Below are positions 61,685 through 64,000 of a stretch of 64,000 bases of DNA, in pieces (the first letter of the stretch is position 1; each line of letters starts with the position of its first letter). This DNA is from Vulcanimicrobiota bacterium (GTDB lineage: Bacteria; Vulcanimicrobiota; Vulcanimicrobiia; Vulcanimicrobiales; Vulcanimicrobiaceae). The notes below the pieces were generated by a model that searched no databases, was not told where the DNA came from, and worked only from the letters and a program-made list of their open reading frames with translations. The stretch lies in assembly GCA_963714015.1 (NCBI GenBank), contig OY970223.1, positions 2,240,001 through 2,304,000 on the forward strand, written 5' to 3'. The position numbers were made by a program, and so were the translations under genes.

Positions 61685-62038
61685 ATGCCGCATCAGATAG
61701 CATATAAGAGGCTCTCGCGCACGGATGGCCACCGCAAGGCGCTTCTGCGCAATCTGGCTACGTCGTTTTTCAAGCACGAAAAGATCGAGACGACGTCGAC
61801 GAAGGCCAAAGAGGTCAGCAAGGTCGTCGAGCGGTTAATCACCACAGCTGCGCGCGGAGATCTGCATTCGCGCCGTCTGGTGGCCGAGTATCTCACCGAA
61901 CCGGCGGTCGTAAAGAAGCTCGTCGAACAGATCGCCCCGGCGCTGAAAGATCGCAGTGGAGGCTACACGCGCATCACGAAGACGCGCGTTCGTTCGGGCG
62001 ATTCGGCCGAGCTGTCCATCATCGAGCTCGTTCGCTAG
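61685..62038 (+). CDS. rplQ: 50S ribosomal protein L17
   Basis: L.R...HRKALLRNLA, I.TT..KAKE, GGYTRI.K. Confidence 0.98.
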   Translation: MPHQIAYKRLSRTDGHRKALLRNLATSFFKHEKIETTSTKAKEVSKVVERLITTAARGDLHSRRLVAEYLTEPAVVKKLVEQIAPALKDRSGGYTRITKTRVRSGDSAELSIIELVR

Positions 62039-62077
62039 CGAACGCGCTCGAGGCCCGGAAATGCGTATAAGGGGCGC

Positions 62078-63086
62078 GTGCTAGTGCAGTACGCGTCCCT
62101 TTTGCGTCGTCTCATCGGGGGAGGAAACCTCACCGGGGACGAGGCGGCCGCCATGATCGGCGAGATTATGGACGGTGCCTTTACCTCCGCCCAGGCCGCC
62201 GGTCTGCTGACGGCGCTTGCAATGAAGGGTGAGGCTATCGACGAGGTTGTGGGCGCCGCTCGCGCGATGCGCGACCGCAGCCTGCATGTCGAACACAGCC
62301 TGCCGATGGTAGTGGACGTCGTCGGGACCGGCGGCGACAACGCAAATACGATCAACATCTCGACGATGACGGCGCTCGTCGTTGCCGCCGGCGGCGTGGC
62401 CGTTGCTAAGCATGGCAACCGGGCAGCCTCGAGCGCGTGCGGAAGCGCGGACGTGTTGGAGGCGGCCGGCATGACGATCGACGTCGAGCCCGAGCGAGCC
62501 GCACACATGCTTCATGAATCCGGCTTCACCTTCATGTTCGCGCCGCGCTACCACCCGGCGATGAAAAACGTCGCGCCGGTGCGCCGCGAGCTGGGTGTCC
62601 GCACGATCTTCAATGTCCTCGGGCCTTTGACGAATCCGGCACGCGCCACGCATCAAGTCGTCGGTGTCGCGCAGGAGGCTCACATCGAACTGATGGGCGA
62701 GGTGCTGCGCGGGTTGGGTGTGCGCGGCGGCGCAATCGTGCACGCTTCGAGCGGTATCGACGAGGTCAGCGGCGAAGGGCCGACGACCGTGTACACGTTC
62801 GGCGAGGGCGAGAGTAAACGCTGGACCCTCGATCCTGCACGCTTTGGAATTCACGCAAACCTCGATGCACTGCGCGGAGGTTCGGTTGAAGCGTGCAAGG
62901 ACGCTTTCGAGAGCATCCTTTCCGGCGAGCATTCACCGCGGTCGGACGTCATTGCACTCAATGCCGGACTCGTTTTCTCCACTTGCGGCAAAACGCGGGA
63001 CCTCGAGGAGGGTCTGGAATTGGCGCGCACGCTTCTGAAAGAGGGCCGCGCCGCGGCGCTGTTCGAGCGCGCGAAACACCTTTCAC

Positions 63087-63094
<8 letters not shown>
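62078..63094 (+). CDS. trpD: anthranilate phosphoribosyltransferase
   Basis: GTGGD..NT.NIST, AKHGNRAASS..GSAD, YHPAMK, RTIFN.LGPL.NPA. Confidence 0.97.
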
Positions 63095-63883
<789 letters not shown>

Positions 63884-63887
<4 letters not shown>

Positions 63888-64000
63888 GGACGCGGATCAA
63901 ATTCTGCGGCTGCACCTCCGTCGCCGACGTCATGCTCGCGGTGGAAACCGGAGCCGACGCAGTCGGTCTGATCTTCGCGCCTTCGCCGCGCCGCATCAGC
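63884..64000 (+). CDS. trpF: phosphoribosylanthranilate isomerase (5' part, truncated by the window)
   Basis: GTG overlaps the trpC stop; [11 protein letters not shown]...[17 protein letters not shown]. Confidence 0.93.

Overview
GC-rich bacterial window from a diderm soil-type organism. TonB-dependent receptors together with Terrabacteria-type ribosomal proteins suggest Eremiobacterota/Vulcanimicrobiota; this is my inference only. Contents in order: two paralogous TonB-dependent receptors and a sugar ABC transporter; a divergent IclR-led, inositol-like catabolic operon ending in a split transketolase and leuB; pilin-like and acyltransferase genes; a YtrA-type GntR unit; the str-S10-spc-alpha ribosomal gene cluster, broken into three separately promoted pieces by two accessory blocks (about 9.7 and 12 kb); and trpD-trpC-trpF. 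Single-base frameshifts are common, including one in essential rpsK, which points to indel errors rather than pseudogenes. The most striking unexplained signal is a family of structured intergenic elements inside the ribosomal protein operon. Seven copies of a 25-nt hairpin with compensatory changes (GGCGC-GGA-NNN-YAG-N'N'N'-GRA-GCGCC) sit upstream of rpsS, rplN, rplE, rplF and rpmJ, four of them exactly 7 nt before the ATG. Four copies belong to a longer element of about 100 nt. Each spacer is entered by a mini-ORF whose start overlaps the upstream stop codon. The element is tandemly amplified where infA normally lies. No rRNA, tRNA, CRISPR array or transposase was recognised.
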